Below the pieces are notes generated by a model, which was not told where the DNA came from, made no database searches, and saw only the letters and a program-made list of their open reading frames with translations. A program made the position numbers and the translations under genes. A DNA stretch of 64,000 nucleotides from assembly GCA_963798085.1 (NCBI GenBank), contig CAWCRS010000007.1:800001-864000 (forward strand), written 5' to 3'. Positions 59,831 through 64,000 of this stretch are shown here, piece after piece. Origin of the DNA: an uncultured Gemmatimonadales bacterium (GTDB lineage: Bacteria; Gemmatimonadota; Gemmatimonadetes; Longimicrobiales; RSA9). Each line of letters begins with the position of its first letter. Position 1 is the first letter of the stretch.

Positions 59831-60779
59831 TGGAGCCGTCGTCCGGCAGCCATCGCCTTGCGCGGTCTGACACGGCGTTTCGGTGACCTCACGGCAGTCG
59901 CCGGCCTCGATTTCGATGTCGCGCCCGGTGAGCTTTTTGGTCTGGTGGGGCCGGACGGCGCGGGCAAGACGACGACGCTGCGCATGCTCGCCGGCGTGCT
60001 GCGCCCCACGTCCGGCGATGCGCGGGTCGGCGGCGTCAGTATCGCGCAGGAGCCGGAGCAGGCCAAACACCGTATTGCGTACATGTCGCAGCGGTTCGGC
60101 CTGTACACGGACCTGACCGTGCGCGAGAACATCGACTTCTACGCCGACCTGTACCAGGTGCCGCAGAAGGAACGGCCTGCGCGTCTGGAGCGCCTGTATC
60201 GCTTCTCCAGTCTCGGTGACTTCGAGAAGCGCCTGGCGGGCAAGCTGTCCGGCGGCATGAAGCAGAAGCTCTCGCTCTGCTGCGCGCTCATCCATGTTCC
60301 GGAGATCCTGCTGCTGGACGAGCCGACATTCGGCGTCGATCCGATTTCCCGGCGCGACCTCTGGCTCATCCTGCACGAGATGGTGGCGGAAGGCGTGACC
60401 GTGCTTCGTGTCCACGGCGTACATGGACGAAGCCGAGCGCTGCGACCACGTCGCGCTGCTGGATCGCGGGCGCATCGTCGCACTCGATACGCCCGAAGCA
60501 CTGCAACGCAGCCTGGCCGGCGACATGGTGGCGCTGCGCGCTTCCGATGCGCGGCGCGCGATCGACATCCTGCGGCGCACGCCCGCCGTGCGCCGTGCCG
60601 AACTGTTCGGCGACACGCTGCACGTCACGCTGGCTTCGCGGGCACGCGACTGGCCGGTCGTGCAGCAGGGACTGGCCGCGGCCGGCATCGAGGTGAGCGG
60701 TGTGCAGGAGATCGAGCCGTCGCTCGAGGACGTGTTCATCGACCGCGTCGCCGACGCCAGCGCCGGACAGGCGGCATGA
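59830..60779 (+). CDS. ABC transporter ATP-binding protein (YbhF N-half-like), frameshifted
   Basis: GPDGAGKTT, YMSQRFGLY, LSGGMKQK, LLDEPT, STAYMDEAE. Confidence 0.88.
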
Positions 60780-61716
60780 AGAGCGTCGTCGAAGTGCACG
60801 AGCTGACCCGCAGGTTCGGCGACTTCATGGCGGTGGATCACGTCAGCTTCGATGTGACCGAAGGCGAGATCTTCGGCTTCCTCGGACCCAATGGCGCAGG
60901 CAAGACCACGACCATCAAGATGCTGACCGGTCTGTTAGCGCCGACATCGGGCGACGGTCGGGTCGCGGGTTTCGACATACGCACGGGTGCGGAGCAGATC
61001 AAACAGCGCATCGGCTACATGTCGCAGTTGTTTTCGCTCTATGGCGACCTCACGGTGGAGGAGAACATCGCGTTCTTCGCCGGCCTGTACGAAGTACACG
61101 GTCAGCGTCTGGCCGAGCGACGCGAGTGGGTGCTGCAGATGTCCGGTCTCACGGATCAGCGGAAACGCATGACGGCGGAGCTGCCGCTTGGCTGGAAACA
61201 GCGCCTGGCGCTGGGCTGCGCCGTGCTGCACGAGCCACCCATTCTGTTCCTCGACGAGCCCACGTCGGGTGTCGATCCGCTCTCGCGCCGGCAACTTCTG
61301 GGACCTCATCTACACACTCGCGGATCGCGGTACGACGATCTTCGTCAGCACGCACTACATGGAGGAAGCCGAGTACTGCCATCGGCTGGCGCTGATGAAT
61401 CGCGGCCGCCTGATCGCACTGGATCGACCCGCCGACGCTGCGCGAGCAGATGGCGGAGCCCATCCTCGAGGTGGATTGCGAAAATGGCGCCGAGGCGGCG
61501 CAGGCGCTGCAGAACGCGCCCGGCGTCATCGAGGCGGCCATGTTCGGTCGCGCGGTGCACGTCGTCGTGACGGATGCGGCCGCTGCGACCGCAGCCATTC
61601 CGTCATTCCTCGCCACACACGGTGTGAAGTGCGCGGGCGTGTCGCCGGTGCGGCCTTCGCTCGAGGACGTCTTCGTTGCACTGGTGCGGCGTGAAGGCGG
61701 CGCCGTGGCCGGGTAA
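60776..61716 (+). CDS. ABC transporter ATP-binding protein (YbhF C-half-like), frameshifted
   Basis: GPNGAGKTT, LPLGWKQRLALG, FLDEPTSGVDP, STHYMEEAE, PSLEDVF. Confidence 0.88.
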
Positions 61717-62845
61717 TGCCCATGCGCCTGAGCCTGCGCCGGCTCCTCGCCATGGCCAGGAAGGAAGTGATCCAGCTGCGCCGCGATCCACGCAGCCTGG
61801 GCATGGCCTTCGTCGTGCCCGCCGCGATGATCGTGTTCTTCGGCTACATCATCAACTTCGATGTGAACGACATTCCGCTGGCGCTGCTGGACCAGGATCA
61901 CTCGCAGCGCAGTCGCGAGCTGGTGCAGGCGTTCGAGGCCGCGGGTCGCTTTCACGTGACGGAGCCGCTGACCGAGTACGCCCAGGTCACGCCACTGCTG
62001 GATCGCGGCGCCGTGCGCATGGCGCTCGATCATCCCGCCCGGCTTCCAGCGCGATCTCTCCGCCGGTAGGCCTGCCGACGTGCAGGCGATGGTCGACGGT
62101 GCGGACGCGAACACGGCTGCTATCGCGCTGAACTACGCGACCAGCATCGTCACGGCCTACTCGGCCCGACGCGCTGCTGCGCGGCGTCAGCGTGACCGCC
62201 CCCGTGCTGCCGGAGAGCCGGGTCTGGTACAACGAGACGCTGCAGAGCAGCAACATGATCGTGCCCGGCCTCGTCGCCGTCATCATGATGATCATCGCGG
62301 CCATGCTCACGGCGCTCACGGTGGCGAGGGAATGGGAGCGCGGCACCATGGAGCAGCTCGCCGCGACGCCCGTGCACCGCGTCGAGGTGATCATGGGCAA
62401 GCTGGTGCCCTATCTCGGCATTGGCCTGATCGATGTGACGGCCGCGATCCTCATCGGCATGTTCGTGTTCCACGTGCCGTTCCGCGGCAATCCTGTGCTG
62501 CTCTTCGTCATGGCGACGCTGTTCCTGCTGGGCGCACTGGGCCTCGGCATCTTCATCAGCGCCGCCGTCAAGTCGCAGCTGCTGGCGACGCAGGTCGCCA
62601 TGCTGGCGACATACCTGCCCTCGCTGCTGCTCTCCGGCCTCATGTTCGACATTGCCAGCATGCCGCTGCCGCTGCGCGTGATCTCGAACATTGTGCCGGC
62701 GAAGTACTTCATCGTGGTGCTGCGCGGCGTATTCCTGAAGGGCGTGGGATTGAGCGTGCTCTGGCCGCAGGGCGTGGCCATGGTGCTGTTCGCGACCATC
62801 GGGCTGAGCCTGGCCGTGCGCTCCTTCCACAAGGAGATCGCATGA
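61716..62845 (+). CDS. ABC-2 type permease (YbhS-like), frameshifted
   Basis: KEVIQLRRD, DGADAN, WYNETL, REWERGTMEQL, LLSG. Confidence 0.88.
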
Positions 62846-63978
62846 GCCTCGTGAACGGCGCGCGTCTCTGGCAGCTGGTGCGCAAGGAGTTCCGGCAGAC
62901 GCTGCGCGATCCGCGCTCCAAGCGCATGCTCTTCATTTCGCCCATCGTGCAACTCGTAATCTTCGGCTATGCCGTGAACACGGATGTTCGCAATGCGGCG
63001 ACGTTCGTAGTGGACCACGACCGCTCCATGGAGTCGCGGCAGCTGGTGGCATCGCTCACCGCCTCGCACTACTTCCGTGTCGTGGGCCAGGGGGAGCGCC
63101 CCGCTGAGCTGGTGGATGCGCTCGACCATGGCCGCGCGCTCGTGGGCCTGGAGATCCCGGAGCGCTTCGCTTCCGATCTCGCCGCCGGCCGCCAGGCCAC
63201 GGTCCAGCTGCTGGTCGACGGCAGCACCGCCAACACGGCCAACGTGGCGCTGGGCTATGCCACACAGATCATTGCGCGCTTCGGGCGGCAGGTGGGTGGA
63301 GAAGCGCTCGCGCGCGTGAATCCGATGTCAGGCGGCGGCGTCGATTTTCGCGCGCGCGCCTGGTACAATCCCGACCTGCAGAGTCGCGTCTACAATGTGC
63401 CCGCCGTGATCGGCACGATCATGATGCTGATGGGTCTGCTGCTCACGTCGCTGGCGGTGGTGCGCGAGCGCGAGATCGGCACCCTCGAGCAGCTCATGGT
63501 GAGCCCGCTGCGACCCGCCGAGCTGATTCTGGGCAAGACACTGCCCGTCGTGGTCATCGCGTTCGGCCAGCTGGTGCTCATCACCATCGTGGCGCTGGTC
63601 TGGTTCGGAATTCCCTTCCGTGGCAGTTACCTGCTGCTGGGTGTGGCCAGCCTGTGCTATCTGCTGTCCGGCCTCGGCATCGGGCTCTTCATCTCGACGA
63701 TCTCGAGCACGCAGCAGGAAGCGTTCATGTCCATGTTCTTCTTCTTCCTGCCCGCGATCATGCTCTCCGGCTTCATGTTCCCCATTCAGAACATGCCGAA
63801 GGCGCTGCAGTATCTGACTCTGCTCGATCCCATCCGTCACTACCTCGTGATCGTGCGCGGCGCGTTCCTGCGGGGCGCAGGCTGGTCCATTCTCGGCCCC
63901 GAAATCCTGGTGCTCCTGTTCATGGGCGTCGTCGTGCTTGTGTTCGCCATGACACGCTTCCACAAGACCACGGCGTAA
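62842..63978 (+). CDS. ABC-2 type permease (YbhR-like)
   Basis: KEFRQTLRD, WYNPDL, VVREREIGTLEQL, LSGFMFPIQNMP. Confidence 0.92.
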   Translation: MSLVNGARLWQLVRKEFRQTLRDPRSKRMLFISPIVQLVIFGYAVNTDVRNAATFVVDHDRSMESRQLVASLTASHYFRVVGQGERPAELVDALDHGRALVGLEIPERFASDLAAGRQATVQLLVDGSTANTANVALGYATQIIARFGRQVGGEALARVNPMSGGGVDFRARAWYNPDLQSRVYNVPAVIGTIMMLMGLLLTSLAVVREREIGTLEQLMVSPLRPAELILGKTLPVVVIAFGQLVLITIVALVWFGIPFRGSYLLLGVASLCYLLSGLGIGLFISTISSTQQEAFMSMFFFFLPAIMLSGFMFPIQNMPKALQYLTLLDPIRHYLVIVRGAFLRGAGWSILGPEILVLLFMGVVVLVFAMTRFHKTTA

Positions 63979-64000
63979 CCGGCGCATTCCCTTCGGGTGG

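Noticed and set aside
57433..62845. Programmed frameshifting or phase variation in the efflux operon
   Set aside because: The shifts are numerous, scattered and not at obvious slippery or homopolymer tracts; sequencing error is simpler.
2361..64000. Many long antisense or alternate-frame ORFs (e.g. 7920-10094, 23088-25280, 2779-4314)
   Set aside because: Arg/Ala/Pro-rich shadows of real genes, expected in high-GC DNA.

Overview
GC-rich bacterial window. The gene content (ADOP/MacB-like permease, DUF5916, SARP/BTAD-ATPase regulator, Ig-like lipoproteins, BrxA/B) suggests Gemmatimonadota, but this is inference only. About 1-39.4 kb and 53.2-64 kb are mostly core or envelope genes: M20 peptidase, Crp/Fnr, hrpB, PBP1A, MurU plus an AmgK-RapZ-C fusion, PhoX, metK, patatin, HD hydrolases, ABC transporters, ClC, SCO/CtaG, two CPA2 antiporters, M1 aminopeptidase, CopD, and a TetR-TolC-HlyD-ABC efflux operon. 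A visibly more AT-rich accessory block at about 39.45-52.9 kb holds the right half of an IS21 element fused to a degenerate duplicate of a regulator's 5' end. It also holds the most interesting module: a transmembrane SARP-wHTH/BTAD/STAND-ATPase receptor with an external PD40 propeller, Ig and lectin-like domains, divergent from a TPR/CsgG-like lipoprotein, beta-barrel and Ig-adhesin operon. Non-coding signals include a 75-bp tandem array belonging to a dispersed REP-like family, two isolated long inverted repeats, and a large stem-loop upstream of metK. Many genes are split by single-base frameshifts, most likely long-read consensus errors. No rRNA, tRNA or CRISPR array was recognised. All product calls come from motif recognition by eye, without database searches.
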